Source: Acutalibacteraceae bacterium
GTDB taxonomy: Bacteria; Bacillota; Clostridia; Oscillospirales; Acutalibacteraceae
Length of the DNA: 51,389 bases
NCBI GenBank assembly: GCA_045657745.1
Contig: JAZOTR010000091.1
Coordinates: 1-51,389, forward strand
Direction of reading: 5' to 3'
The position numbers were made by a program, and so were the translations under genes. Positions within the stretch are counted from its first letter, which is position 1. The number at the start of each line of letters is the position of its first letter. The notes beneath the pieces are model-generated. The model saw nothing but the letters and a program-made list of their open reading frames with translations, had not been told where the DNA came from and ran no database searches. This document shows positions 1 through 10,172 of the stretch, piece after piece.

Positions 1-636
1 ACCGACTGTGCGATTTCAAGTGAAATGCTTAAAAAAGCACTTTCTACCGATATTCAGACCACCTTTAATATGGTTTCGGTTGACGGCGATACCTCTACTA
101 ATGATATGGTAACCGTTTTAGCAAACGGTATGGCAGGAAACGAAGAAATTACTGCTGACGGCGAAGCTTTTGATACCTTTATGAAAGCGCTTAATACAGT
201 TTGCGTAAATCTTTGCAGAAAGATTGCGGCAGACGGTGAGGGCGCAACAAAATTACTTGAATGTAAAGTAAGTGGCGCGGAAACTTTAGATATTTCAAAA
301 ACTGTTGCAAAATCGGTTATTTGTTCTTCTCTTACAAAGGCTGCTATGTTCGGCGCTGATGCTAACTGGGGCCGTGTTCTTTGCGCAATAGGTTACTCGG
401 GCGCAAAGGTAGATGTTGAGAAAATTGATGTTTCGTTCCGTTCGAATAAGGGCGAAATTTCGGTTTGTGAAAACGGCGCAGGAGTAGAATTTTCTGAGGA
501 AAAGGCAAAAGAAATTCTACTTGAAAGCGAAATAGAAATTTTAGTAAACCTTAATAGCGGCGAATTTTCTTCTACCGCTTGGGGTTGCGACCTTACTTAC
601 GATTATGTAAAAATTAACGGCGATTACCGTACATAA
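1..636 (+). CDS. argJ: Glutamate N-acetyltransferase / ornithine acetyltransferase ArgJ, C-terminal part (5' end outside window)
   Basis: Frame 1 is open from base 1 into the 25..636 ORF; VSVDGDTSTNDM and GADANWGR beta-chain motifs; followed by argB-argD-argF. Confidence 0.9.
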   Translation, partial: TDCAISSEMLKKALSTDIQTTFNMVSVDGDTSTNDMVTVLANGMAGNEEITADGEAFDTFMKALNTVCVNLCRKIAADGEGATKLLECKVSGAETLDISKTVAKSVICSSLTKAAMFGADANWGRVLCAIGYSGAKVDVEKIDVSFRSNKGEISVCENGAGVEFSEEKAKEILLESEIEILVNLNSGEFSSTAWGCDLTYDYVKINGDYRT

Positions 637-686
637 AAATAAGGCGAGCAGACTGCTCGCCTAAAAAACTTTAAAGGAGAATGTTT

Positions 687-1550
687 ATGTCCTTAAATAT
701 CACTAATGCTCAAAGAGCCGAGGTGCTTACCCAAGCGCTTCCTTACATACAAAAATATTACAATAAAACTGTTGTTATTAAGTACGGTGGAAACGCTATG
801 ATTAACGAAGATTTAAAGCAACAGGTTATGGAAGATATTGTGCTTTTACACCTTATAGGCGTTAAGGTTGTTTTGGTACACGGTGGCGGCCCTGAAATTA
901 CCGAAATGTTAGCAAAAATCGGTAAAGAAACCAAGTTTGTTGACGGTCTTAGAGTTACCGATAAGGAAACTGCTGAGGTTGTACAAATGGTTCTTGCAGG
1001 TAAGATTAATAAAAGCCTTGTAAACTTGCTTGAAATTAAAGGCGGTAAGGCTATGGGTATTTCAGGTATGGACGGTCACCTTATTACCGCTACCGCTAAA
1101 GACGAGCGTTTGGGATATGTAGGTAAAATAACAGGCGTTAATGTTGAACCGATTTTAGACCTCTTACAGCACAATTATATCCCTGTTGTATCTACTGTTG
1201 GTTGTGATAGCGAAGGTAACGTTTATAATATTAATGCCGATACTGCAGCCGCCTATATTGCAGGCGCTTTGGAAGCAGAGTGTTTGATTTCTATGACCGA
1301 TATTGCAGGTATTTTGCGCGATAAGGACGACCCGTCTACACTTATTCCAAAAATCACAACTGCCGAGGCTATCGACCTATTTAACGACGGTACAATTTCG
1401 GGCGGTATGATACCTAAGGTTGAATGTTGCTTGGAAGCCATTAACCGCGGTGTAAAAAAGGTATTTATTATGGACGGAAGAATACCCCATTCACTTCTTA
1501 TAGAAACCCTTACAGATGAGGGTGCAGGTACAATGGTAACAGGTGAGTAA
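687..1550 (+). CDS. argB: N-acetylglutamate kinase
   Basis: Amino-acid kinase fold with VIKYGGNAM and HGGGP motifs; AGGAG at 675-679 favours ATG 687 over the track start 681. Confidence 0.92.
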   Translation: MSLNITNAQRAEVLTQALPYIQKYYNKTVVIKYGGNAMINEDLKQQVMEDIVLLHLIGVKVVLVHGGGPEITEMLAKIGKETKFVDGLRVTDKETAEVVQMVLAGKINKSLVNLLEIKGGKAMGISGMDGHLITATAKDERLGYVGKITGVNVEPILDLLQHNYIPVVSTVGCDSEGNVYNINADTAAAYIAGALEAECLISMTDIAGILRDKDDPSTLIPKITTAEAIDLFNDGTISGGMIPKVECCLEAINRGVKKVFIMDGRIPHSLLIETLTDEGAGTMVTGE

Positions 1551-1551
1551 A

Positions 1552-2715
1552 ATGAGTATTATTGAAAAGGATAAGCAGTATATTGCTTCTACTTATGCGC
1601 GTTTTCCCGTTGTTTTAAAATCGGGTAAAGGCTCGCTTATAACAGATGAAAACGGCAAAGAGTATATAGATTTATCTTCGGGTATTGCGGTTAATACCTT
1701 TGGTATTGCGGATGATATTTGGGTAAATGCCGTAACTGAACAGTTGGGCAAATTACAGCACGCATCTAACCTTTACTATACCGAGCCTTGCGTAAAGCTT
1801 GCCGAAATTCTCTGCGAGAAAACAGGGTTAAAAAAGGTTTTCTTTTCAAATTCGGGGGCAGAGGCTAACGAATGTGCAATAAAGGTGGCAAGAAAATACG
1901 CGGCTGACAAAAAGGGAAAAGAATATAATACAATAATTACCCTTAAAAATAGCTTTCACGGTAGAACATTAACTACTCTTGCGGCAACAGGGCAGGATGT
2001 TTTCCATAATGACTTTTTACCGCTAACTGACGGGTTTATATACTGCGAAGCAAATAATTGTGAGCAGTTAGAGCAACTTGTTAAAGATAATAAAGTTTGC
2101 GCTATTATGTTCGAGCTTGTACAAGGCGAGGGCGGTGTTTTACCGCTTGAAAAGGCTTTTGTTGAAAAGATTTTTGAAATCGCAAACGAAAATGATATTT
2201 TAACTATAACCGACGAAGTACAAACAGGTAACGGCAGAACAGGTGAGCTTTATTGCTTTATGAACTTTGGAGTAAAACCTGATATTGTTTCTACTGCAAA
2301 GGGTCTTGGTAACGGCTTGCCTTTGGGCGCTACTTTGCTTTCAGAAAAGGTACAGGACGTTTTAGGCTTTAGCTCACACGGTTCAACCTTTGGTGGCAAC
2401 CCTATTGCTTGCGCAGGCGCATTAAGCGTTGTAAATAGAATAGATAGCGAACTTTTAAATTCGGTTAAGGAAAAATCGGAATATATAATAAATTCACTAA
2501 AAAATGCAAACGGTGTTAAGAGTATAAGCGGTATGGGGCTTATGCTTGGCATTGAAACCGAAAAGGATGCAAGTGAGGTTATAAACTACTGTTTAGAAAA
2601 CGGCGTTTTAGTGATTAAAGCCAAAAACAAGGTAAGACTTTTACCTGCTTTAAACATACCGTTTGATTTACTAAAGAATGCAGTAGAAGTAATTAAGAAA
2701 GGCTGTGAAATATAA
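1552..2715 (+). CDS. argD: Acetylornithine aminotransferase (class III PLP aminotransferase)
   Basis: SGAEANE, DEVQTG and STAKGLGNG (PLP-lysine context) motifs; AGGTGA RBS favours ATG 1552, track ORF opens at GTG 1543. Confidence 0.9.
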   Translation: MSIIEKDKQYIASTYARFPVVLKSGKGSLITDENGKEYIDLSSGIAVNTFGIADDIWVNAVTEQLGKLQHASNLYYTEPCVKLAEILCEKTGLKKVFFSNSGAEANECAIKVARKYAADKKGKEYNTIITLKNSFHGRTLTTLAATGQDVFHNDFLPLTDGFIYCEANNCEQLEQLVKDNKVCAIMFELVQGEGGVLPLEKAFVEKIFEIANENDILTITDEVQTGNGRTGELYCFMNFGVKPDIVSTAKGLGNGLPLGATLLSEKVQDVLGFSSHGSTFGGNPIACAGALSVVNRIDSELLNSVKEKSEYIINSLKNANGVKSISGMGLMLGIETEKDASEVINYCLENGVLVIKAKNKVRLLPALNIPFDLLKNAVEVIKKGCEI

Positions 2716-3701
2716 TGGATTTTAAAGGAAAGAGCTTTTTAAAATTATTGGATTTTTCACCTTGTGAAATAGAATGCCTTATTGATTTGGCAAAAGAATT
2801 AAAGAACAAGAAAAAAGCAGGTATTCCGCACCGCCTTTGTGAAGGCAAGAATATTGCTTTGATTTTTGAGAAAACAAGTACAAGAACCCGTTGCAGCTTT
2901 GAAGTTGCGGCTTATGATTTAGGTATGGGCGTTACTTATTTAGACCCACAAGGCTCACAAATTGGCAAAAAGGAAAGCATTGCCGATACCGCAAGGGTTT
3001 TAGGCAGAATGTATGACGGTATTGAATACCGCGGCTTTGGTCAAGAAATCGTTGAGGAATTGGCAAAGTATGCGGGCGTGCCCGTTTGGAACGGACTTAC
3101 TAACGAATTCCATCCAACGCAAATCTTGGCAGACTTTTTAACCATTAAAGAGCACTTTGGAAAACTTAAAGGTATTAACTTTGTTTATATGGGTGATGCC
3201 CGTTACAATATGGGTAATTCATATATGGTGGGTTGCGCTAAAATGGGACTTAATTTTACCGCCTGTTCGCCCGAAAAATATTTCCCCGATAAAGAATTAA
3301 TTGCTACTTGTCAGGAAATTGCAAAAGAAACGGGCGCTACAATCACCTTTGAAACAGACCCAATGAAAGCCACTAAAAATGCAGACGTTATTGCTACGGA
3401 CGTTTGGGTTTCTATGGGTGAACCCGCTGAAGTTTGGGAAGAAAGAATTAAGGAATTATCCCCATATCAAGTGAATAAAAAGATAATGGAAAACGCAGGG
3501 GAAAAGGCAGTATTTATGCACTGTTTACCCGCTTTTCACGACCTTAATACTACCGTCGGTAAAGAAATTGCCGAAAAGTTTGGCATAACTGAAATGGAAG
3601 TAACAAACGAAGTTTTCGAAAGCAGTCAGTCAATTGTGTTTGAAGAAGCCGAAAACCGTATGCACACAATAAAAGCAGTTATGGCGGCTACTTTGGTTTA
3701 A
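2715..3701 (+). CDS. argF: Ornithine carbamoyltransferase
   Basis: STRTR, HPTQ and HCLP carbamoyltransferase motifs; ATG overlaps argD stop (TAATG). Confidence 0.92.
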   Translation: MDFKGKSFLKLLDFSPCEIECLIDLAKELKNKKKAGIPHRLCEGKNIALIFEKTSTRTRCSFEVAAYDLGMGVTYLDPQGSQIGKKESIADTARVLGRMYDGIEYRGFGQEIVEELAKYAGVPVWNGLTNEFHPTQILADFLTIKEHFGKLKGINFVYMGDARYNMGNSYMVGCAKMGLNFTACSPEKYFPDKELIATCQEIAKETGATITFETDPMKATKNADVIATDVWVSMGEPAEVWEERIKELSPYQVNKKIMENAGEKAVFMHCLPAFHDLNTTVGKEIAEKFGITEMEVTNEVFESSQSIVFEEAENRMHTIKAVMAATLV

Positions 3702-3718
3702 AAATTGGAGTTTTTAAA

Positions 3719-4489
3719 ATGCGAGTTGTAATAAAAATCGGAACCTCTACCCTAGCGCATAAAACAGGGCTTTTAAATATCCACAGGGTAGAAGAATTAT
3801 GCAAGGTTATGAGTGACCTTAAAAATGCAGGGAACGAGGTTATTTTGGTATCCTCGGGCGCTATCGGTATGGGAGTAGGTAAACTTTCTTTACCGCAGAA
3901 ACCTACCGATATTCCCACAAAGCAAGCGGCTGCGGCTGTGGGTCAATGCGAGCTTATGTACACTTACGATAAGCTTTTTTCGGAGTATAACCACACAGTA
4001 GCGCAAATACTTGTAACGGGTGACGATATCGCCCACCCCGACCGTAAGGCAAACTTTATAAATACAATGCGCCGTCTTTTAGAGCTTGGCGCGCTTCCGA
4101 TTATTAACGAAAATGACTCGGTTTCAACAAACGAAATCGAAATAGGCGATAATGATACTTTAGGTGCTATTGTTGCAACCGCAGTTGATGCCGATTTACT
4201 TATAATACTTTCGGATATTGACGGACTTTATACTGCTGACCCAAGGAAATGTAGCGATGCAAAGTTGGTACATACCGTAGAAGAAATCACTCCTGAAATT
4301 GAGGGTATGATTGGCGGTGCGGGTTCAAGTCTTGGCACAGGCGGTATGATAACCAAGATTAACGCCGCAAAAATTGTAACCGAAAATGGTACAGATATGG
4401 TTATTGCTAACGGCGAAAACCCGAACTTGCTTTACGATATTATTGACGGTAAGGATATAGGCACAAGATTTCTTGGAAGGGTAAAATAA
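3719..4489 (+). CDS. proB: Glutamate 5-kinase (short form, no PUA domain)
   Basis: 256-aa amino-acid kinase fold, SSGAIGMG and NENDSVS..GDNDTL motifs; immediately upstream of proA. Confidence 0.9.
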   Translation: MRVVIKIGTSTLAHKTGLLNIHRVEELCKVMSDLKNAGNEVILVSSGAIGMGVGKLSLPQKPTDIPTKQAAAAVGQCELMYTYDKLFSEYNHTVAQILVTGDDIAHPDRKANFINTMRRLLELGALPIINENDSVSTNEIEIGDNDTLGAIVATAVDADLLIILSDIDGLYTADPRKCSDAKLVHTVEEITPEIEGMIGGAGSSLGTGGMITKINAAKIVTENGTDMVIANGENPNLLYDIIDGKDIGTRFLGRVK

Positions 4490-5718
4490 TGACTACTTTA
4501 GAAATACTTAAAAAAGCCAAAAAGGTAAGCCAAAGCGGAATGCTTTTTACAGAGCAAAAAAATAAAGCATTAACCGAAATGGCTAATGCTTTGGTTCAAA
4601 ATACTGATTTAATTTTGTCCGCTAATGCAATAGATGTGGAAAATGCAAAGGGTAAAATAAGTGACGTTATGACTGACCGCTTAAAACTTACCAAAGAGCG
4701 TATTTCAGATATGGCAAAAGGTATTACTGAAGTACGTGATTTGCCAGACAGTGTGGGTAAGGTTTTAATGACAAATACTTTACCTAACGGACTTGTTGTA
4801 AACAAAGTTTCAGTGCCTTTTGGTGTTGTTGCAATTATTTATGAAAGCCGACCCAACGTTACTTCCGATGCGGCGGCGCTTGCCTTTAAAAGCGGTAATG
4901 CTTGCGTACTTCGTGGCGGTAAAGAAGCGTATAATTCTTCAAAAGCAATTGTAGATGCGCTAAAACAGGGACTTGTAAAAGCAGATATTAACCCTGATTA
5001 TATTAATCTTGTAGAGGATACAACAAGACAAAGCGCGAACGAACTTATGACGGCTGTTGGTCTTGTTGATTTACTTATTCCGCGTGGTGGTAAGGGTCTT
5101 ATTAAGGCTTGCACCGAAAATGCAAAGGTGCCTTGTATTGAAACGGGTACAGGTATTTGCCATATTTTTGTTGAAAAAACTGCCAATATAGATATGGCGC
5201 TTAATATAATTAACAATGCGAAAACAAGCAGACCCTCGGTTTGTAATGCAATGGAGGTTTGCCTTGTTGATAAGGCTATTGCAAACGAATTTTTGCCTAA
5301 GCTTTATGAAATGTTCAATGGTAGGGTAGAGATTATCGGTTGCGAAGATACTTTCAAAATAATTGATGCCGTTCCCGCAAATGAGGATGATTTTGATACC
5401 GAATTTTTAGATTATAAAATGGCGGTAAAAATTGTTGACGGTGTAAAGCAAGCGGTAGAGCATATTGCAAACCATTCTACACATCATAGCGAAAGCATTA
5501 TAACGAGTGATGATTCTGCGGCACAGTATTTTACAGATATGGTAGATTCTGCGGCAGTTTATGTTAATGCTTCAACCCGTTTTACCGACGGCGGACAGTT
5601 TGGTCTTGGATGTGAAATGGGTATTTCCACCCAAAAATTACACGCCAGAGGACCTATGGGACTTATGGAGCTTAATACCTACAAATATATTATTAACGGT
5701 AACGGACAGGTGAGATAA
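4489..5718 (+). CDS. proA: Gamma-glutamyl phosphate reductase
   Basis: 409-aa aldehyde-dehydrogenase fold, catalytic Cys context [10 protein letters not shown]; ATG overlaps proB stop. Confidence 0.92.
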   Translation: MTTLEILKKAKKVSQSGMLFTEQKNKALTEMANALVQNTDLILSANAIDVENAKGKISDVMTDRLKLTKERISDMAKGITEVRDLPDSVGKVLMTNTLPNGLVVNKVSVPFGVVAIIYESRPNVTSDAAALAFKSGNACVLRGGKEAYNSSKAIVDALKQGLVKADINPDYINLVEDTTRQSANELMTAVGLVDLLIPRGGKGLIKACTENAKVPCIETGTGICHIFVEKTANIDMALNIINNAKTSRPSVCNAMEVCLVDKAIANEFLPKLYEMFNGRVEIIGCEDTFKIIDAVPANEDDFDTEFLDYKMAVKIVDGVKQAVEHIANHSTHHSESIITSDDSAAQYFTDMVDSAAVYVNASTRFTDGGQFGLGCEMGISTQKLHARGPMGLMELNTYKYIINGNGQVR

Positions 5719-5720
5719 TA

Positions 5721-6521
5721 ATGATAAAAATCGGATTTATCGGTTGCGGTAATATGGGCGGCGCTTTAGCAAATGCGGTAAGCAAATCGCAGAAAGCAGA
5801 AATATTTTTAGCCGATACTAATTTAGAAAAATCCGAAGCGTTGGCTAAAGAAATAGGCGCAAAGGTTTGCGAAACCAAGGATATTGCAAAGAACTGCAAA
5901 TATATCTTTTTGGGTGTAAAACCGCAAATGATGGCAGAATTATTAGATAGCATTTCACCAATTTTAAAAGAACGTGACGATAGATTTATTTTAGTAACAA
6001 TGGCGGCGGGAATTAAAATTGAAAAGTTTAACGTAATGCTCGGTGCTAAAATGCCGATTATTCGTATAATGCCTAATACACCCGTTGCAGTGGGTGAAGG
6101 TATGATTTTATATTCACTTTGCAAGGCTATTACAGAAGGGGAAGAAACCGAATTTTGCGAAGCGTTGAAGTTTGCGGGCAGACTTGATAAACTTCAAGAA
6201 GAATTAATTGATGCCGGTTGTGCAATTTCGGGTTGCGGCCCTGCGTTTGTTTATATGTTTGCGGAAAGTATGGCAAAAGCGGGTTGTGACTGCGGTTTAC
6301 CGCAGGATAAAGCAATTAGCTTAGCGGCACAAACACTTTTGGGCGCGGCAAAATTAATGCTTGAAAGTAATAAATCGCCCGAAACTTTAAGGCAAGAGGT
6401 TTGCTCACCTAAAGGTTCTACGATTGAGGGTGTAATTTCTCTGCAAAATTCCGATTTTGATAATTCGGTTAATAATGCTATAAAGGCATCCTTTAAAAGA
6501 ACAAAAGAATTAGGAAATTAA
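5721..6521 (+). CDS. proC: Pyrroline-5-carboxylate reductase
   Basis: GCGNMGGAL Rossmann motif, C-terminal SPKGSTIEG signature; 2 nt after proA stop. Confidence 0.9.
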   Translation: MIKIGFIGCGNMGGALANAVSKSQKAEIFLADTNLEKSEALAKEIGAKVCETKDIAKNCKYIFLGVKPQMMAELLDSISPILKERDDRFILVTMAAGIKIEKFNVMLGAKMPIIRIMPNTPVAVGEGMILYSLCKAITEGEETEFCEALKFAGRLDKLQEELIDAGCAISGCGPAFVYMFAESMAKAGCDCGLPQDKAISLAAQTLLGAAKLMLESNKSPETLRQEVCSPKGSTIEGVISLQNSDFDNSVNNAIKASFKRTKELGN

Positions 6522-6574
6522 AAAAATCCACCCGCTTCTGAACTGACCCAATTTGTGCGGACAGCATAAAAATT

Positions 6575-6622
6575 CCTCCTATGGTAGTTGTTTTTATTCT
6601 ACCATAGGAGGGTTCTTTTTTT
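6575..6622 (+). terminator. Intrinsic terminator after proC (inner hairpin of a nested palindrome)
   Basis: CCTCCTATGGTAG / CTACCATAGGAGG 13-bp stem followed by a T-run. Confidence 0.65.
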
Positions 6623-6669
6623 CTATTGTCCGTTTTTACTGGACTTGTGCATTCAAAGCGGGTGGTTAT

Positions 6670-7314
6670 TTATTTTAGAACTTTTTCAATTTCTTTGGGA
6701 TTTCCTAAAACGAGAAGATGCTCGTCAAGCGAGAAAACATATTCGGCATTTGGAATGGGATATGCGGTGCCGTTCTTTTTGTAGGCTATAATATTAAGGT
6801 TATAGCGATTTCTAAAATCAAGGTCGAGAACGGTTTTACCAATCCATTTTTTCAAAGGCTCAATTTCGCAGATTGAAAAATTATCCGAAACATTAATATA
6901 GTCAAAAATACGCTCGGCGCATTCTACATTTGCAATTCTACGGCATATATCACGCTCGGGATATATAATTTTATCGGCACCGCTACGAAGTAAGAATTTT
7001 TCTTCAATTTGGCGATTGGCAGTGCTATAAATCTTTTTAGCGCCTAATTCTTTTAGTAAATCGGTTATTTCAAGACAGGCTTGGAAATAATCTTCAATAC
7101 AAACGAAGCAAACGTCAAAGTCTTCAACGCCAAGGCTTTCAAGTACAGCACGATTTGTACAGTCGCATACGCGAGCGGTAACAACCGAAGCGGCTGTATT
7201 TTCAACCTTTGAAGGATTAATGTCAGCTATCATTATTTCGCAAGAGTTTTTGCTTAATTCCTCGCAAAGATGATTACCTAAAGAACCCATACCTATAATT
7301 AAAAAAGATTTCAT
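6670..7314 (-). CDS. ktrA: K+ uptake regulatory subunit, single RCK (KtrA/TrkA-N type)
   Basis: 214 aa, N-terminal IIGMGSLG Rossmann motif, directly downstream of a TrkH/KtrB-family membrane gene. Confidence 0.8.
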   Translation of the reverse strand: MKSFLIIGMGSLGNHLCEELSKNSCEIMIADINPSKVENTAASVVTARVCDCTNRAVLESLGVEDFDVCFVCIEDYFQACLEITDLLKELGAKKIYSTANRQIEEKFLLRSGADKIIYPERDICRRIANVECAERIFDYINVSDNFSICEIEPLKKWIGKTVLDLDFRNRYNLNIIAYKKNGTAYPIPNAEYVFSLDEHLLVLGNPKEIEKVLK

Positions 7315-7332
7315 AATAAAACTCCTTATATT

Positions 7333-8679
7333 TTAACCTACTGTGATTGCTTCATTGGGATATGAAACGGGTGCTGAATGTTTTTGCTCGAAAAGCGCCG
7401 TAGCAAAGGAAACACTTCCAACGCGACCGCAGAACATTAAGAACATTAAAATTATTTGAGAGGCAATGTTTAAATTGGGGGTTATGCTTGCGGTAAGACC
7501 GACTGTACTCATTGCAGAAAAGGTTTCAACAAAAGCATCTGCAAGAGAAATCGGCTCAAGAGCACAAATTACAAACGCGCCGCTTAAGGCTAAAGAAAGA
7601 TTTACAATAGTTATTAATAGCGCCTTATTTAATAAGTCGTTTTTAATGCTCTTTTTAAAGGCGGTAATACTGTTTCTTCCGCGTACCGAAGAGAATACAA
7701 ATGCAAAGAATATAAACAAAGAGGTAGTTTTAATACCGCCTGCCGTTGAACCTGAGCTTCCACCTACAAACATTAAAGTAACAGTTAAAAGCTTTGAGGA
7801 TTCTGTAAGTGAAGCAATGTCTACCGTGTTAAATCCCGCAGTTCTTGGGGTTACTGCGCTGAAAAAACTATTTAATAATTTTGTACCAAACGGCATTTCT
7901 TTGAATAGGTTATTGTATTCTAAAATAAAGAATAAAATTGTACCTATAATAAGCAATGCGGTACTGGTGGTTAAAACTATTTTACTGTGTAGGTTTAGCT
8001 TTTTGAATTGAAAGCGTTTAATTGTTAAATCATCCCACACAAGAAAGCCTAAACCGCCTAAAATTATAAGAATAGAAATTACTATTATAACAAATGGGTC
8101 ATTATTAAACGCGCAAAGAGAATTAAAGGGTTTAGGGGCTCCCAATAGGTCAAAGCCTGCATTACAAAAGGCTGAAATAGAATGGAAAACGCCGTAATAA
8201 ATACCCTTTGCGATACCGAAAAGTTTAATAAATTTTATGGATAGCAAGGCGGCGCCCGAAAGCTCGATAATGACTGTTCCCAAGAAAATCTTTTTAATAA
8301 GTGAAGTAAAATTGTTCATACGGGTAGTATTTATGCTTTCGGCCATAATTACCTTTTCGCGCAAGCCGTGTTTTTTAATTATAAGGCGGTAAAATACGGT
8401 GGCAATAGTCATATAACCAAGACCGCCTAACTGTATAAGGAATAAAATAACCAACTGACCGAAAAGCGACCAATAGCTTACGGTGTTTTCTAAAATAAGC
8501 CCGGTAACGCAAGAAGCTGAAACCGAAGTGAATAAAGCGGTTCCGAATGGGGCAGAGGTGCCGCTTCGAGTGGCAATTGGCAGTTTTAAAAGCAAGGTGC
8601 CGAGTATAACTATTAAAAAATATCCAAGGGCTATAATTTGAATATGTGATAATCCTCTACGCTTAATGTTAAACACCAC
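7333..8679 (-). CDS. ktrB: K+ transporter membrane subunit (TrkH/KtrB family)
   Basis: 448-aa polytopic protein with repeated selectivity-filter-like glycine motifs (TGL, AGF, AGG, VGL segments); GTG start, true start uncertain. Confidence 0.8.
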   Translation of the reverse strand: MVFNIKRRGLSHIQIIALGYFLIVILGTLLLKLPIATRSGTSAPFGTALFTSVSASCVTGLILENTVSYWSLFGQLVILFLIQLGGLGYMTIATVFYRLIIKKHGLREKVIMAESINTTRMNNFTSLIKKIFLGTVIIELSGAALLSIKFIKLFGIAKGIYYGVFHSISAFCNAGFDLLGAPKPFNSLCAFNNDPFVIIVISILIILGGLGFLVWDDLTIKRFQFKKLNLHSKIVLTTSTALLIIGTILFFILEYNNLFKEMPFGTKLLNSFFSAVTPRTAGFNTVDIASLTESSKLLTVTLMFVGGSSGSTAGGIKTTSLFIFFAFVFSSVRGRNSITAFKKSIKNDLLNKALLITIVNLSLALSGAFVICALEPISLADAFVETFSAMSTVGLTASITPNLNIASQIILMFLMFCGRVGSVSFATALFEQKHSAPVSYPNEAITVG

Positions 8680-8806
8680 CTTTAATTACTTTAATAATTA
8701 TACTACAAATGGTAAACTATTTCAATAAATAAAAAACATTGTAATTTTTAAATAAAAGTGATAGAATAATTGTATATATTATCATTTGAAACCAAGAGGA
8801 TTTTAT

Positions 8807-10165
8807 ATGAAAATTGTTATAAATGGATGCGGAAAAATAGGTAAAACAATCCTTGCAAGCCTTGTGGCTGAGGGGCATGATGTAGTTGCTATTGATAATA
8901 ATCGCTCGGTTATATCTAATATTACCGATATTTATGATGTTATTGGTGTGTGTGGCAACGGTGCGGATAATGATGTTTTATCCCAAGCAGAGATTAATAA
9001 TGCAGAGCTTTTTGTATCTGTAACAGGCTCGGACGAGCTTAATATGCTTTCTTGCTTTATGGCAAAAAGAATGGGCGCAAAGCATACTATTGCCCGTATT
9101 CGAAATCCCGAATATAATGATGACGGGTTGGCTTTTATGCGTAAGCAATTGGATATTTCGCTTATTATCAACCCCGAGCTTATGGCGGCTCACGAGCTAT
9201 ATAATATACTTAAATTACCGTCCGCGGCTAAGGTTGAAAGATTTTCTGCAAGAAATTTCGAAATGATTGAGCTTAAATTAAAGGCAGATTCCGTTTTAGA
9301 TGGTGTAAAGCTTATTGATTTGCGTTCGAAATTCAAGTCTGAATTTCTTGTTTGCGCGGTTCAGCGTGGGGAAGATGCATATATACCTGACGGTAATTTT
9401 GTGCTTAAAAGTGGCGATAAAATTGCAGTTACTGCAAAGCCCGCACAAATAATTAAATTACTGAAGGAAATGGGAATTCAACAAAACCCCGCCAAAAAAA
9501 TTATGATTTTAGGTGCAGGCAGAACTGCTTATTATCTTGCTAAAAGGCTTTCACAAATTAATAACTCTGTTACCGTAATTGAAAAAGAAAAAAGCATTTG
9601 TGAAGAATTTTGCGAAGCTTTACCAAATGTTTTGGTGGTTAATGGTGACGGTAGTGACCGCGAAATTTTAAATGAGGAAGGTATTCAAAATATGGATGCC
9701 TTTGTTTCTCTTACAGGAATGGACGAACAAAATATACTTATTTCTTCCTATGCGGCTTCAGAGGACGTTCCAAAGGTTATTGCTAAAATTAACCGTGAGG
9801 AATTAGTGCCGCTTGCGGAAAACTTAGGGCTTGATACCTTTGTTTCGCCTAAAAAGCTTATTTCTGATGTTTTGGTTAAATACGCAAGAGCGCTTGAAAA
9901 TTCACAAGACAACAGTATGGAAACGCTTTACAAGGTTATGGACGATAAGGTTGAAGTGTTGGAGTTTTTGGTTAAAGAAAACCGCGATTTTACGGGTGTT
10001 ACATTTAAAGAGTTAAAACTAAAACCAAATATACTTATTGCAGGTATTATAAGAGATAAAAAGACAATTATCCCTTCAGGTGAAGATATGATGCTTCAAG
10101 GCGATAAGGTTATAGTGCTTGCGGCTAATCAGCGAATTAATGATTTGTCTGATATTGTAAGGTGA
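8807..10165 (+). CDS. trkA: K+ uptake protein TrkA (tandem RCK domains)
   Basis: Two Rossmann motifs (INGCGKIG, ILGAGRTA) each followed by a TrkA-C-like segment; RBS AAGAGGA favours ATG 8807 over track start 8786. Confidence 0.85.
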   Translation: MKIVINGCGKIGKTILASLVAEGHDVVAIDNNRSVISNITDIYDVIGVCGNGADNDVLSQAEINNAELFVSVTGSDELNMLSCFMAKRMGAKHTIARIRNPEYNDDGLAFMRKQLDISLIINPELMAAHELYNILKLPSAAKVERFSARNFEMIELKLKADSVLDGVKLIDLRSKFKSEFLVCAVQRGEDAYIPDGNFVLKSGDKIAVTAKPAQIIKLLKEMGIQQNPAKKIMILGAGRTAYYLAKRLSQINNSVTVIEKEKSICEEFCEALPNVLVVNGDGSDREILNEEGIQNMDAFVSLTGMDEQNILISSYAASEDVPKVIAKINREELVPLAENLGLDTFVSPKKLISDVLVKYARALENSQDNSMETLYKVMDDKVEVLEFLVKENRDFTGVTFKELKLKPNILIAGIIRDKKTIIPSGEDMMLQGDKVIVLAANQRINDLSDIVR

Positions 10166-10172
10166 AAAATTT

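Noticed and set aside
643-662. Hairpin GGCGAGCAG/CTGCTCGCC between argJ and argB as a terminator
   Set aside because: It is followed by an A-run rather than a T-run on the coding strand, and argB starts 25 nt later with its own RBS. It is more likely an mRNA-processing or stability element, or has no function.
5693-6124. 143-aa antisense ORF inside proC; similar antisense ORFs at 7466-8011, 16839-17285, 41416-41796 and 49264-49779
   Set aside because: All lie fully inside well-supported genes on the opposite strand. They lack RBSs and translate to low-complexity sequence.
8680-8806. Possible c-di-AMP (ydaO/kimA-type) riboswitch between the divergent K+ transporter operons
   Set aside because: The spacer is only about 125 nt, extremely AT-rich, and lacks the conserved ACGGGG/CCCGA-type pseudo-symmetric elements.
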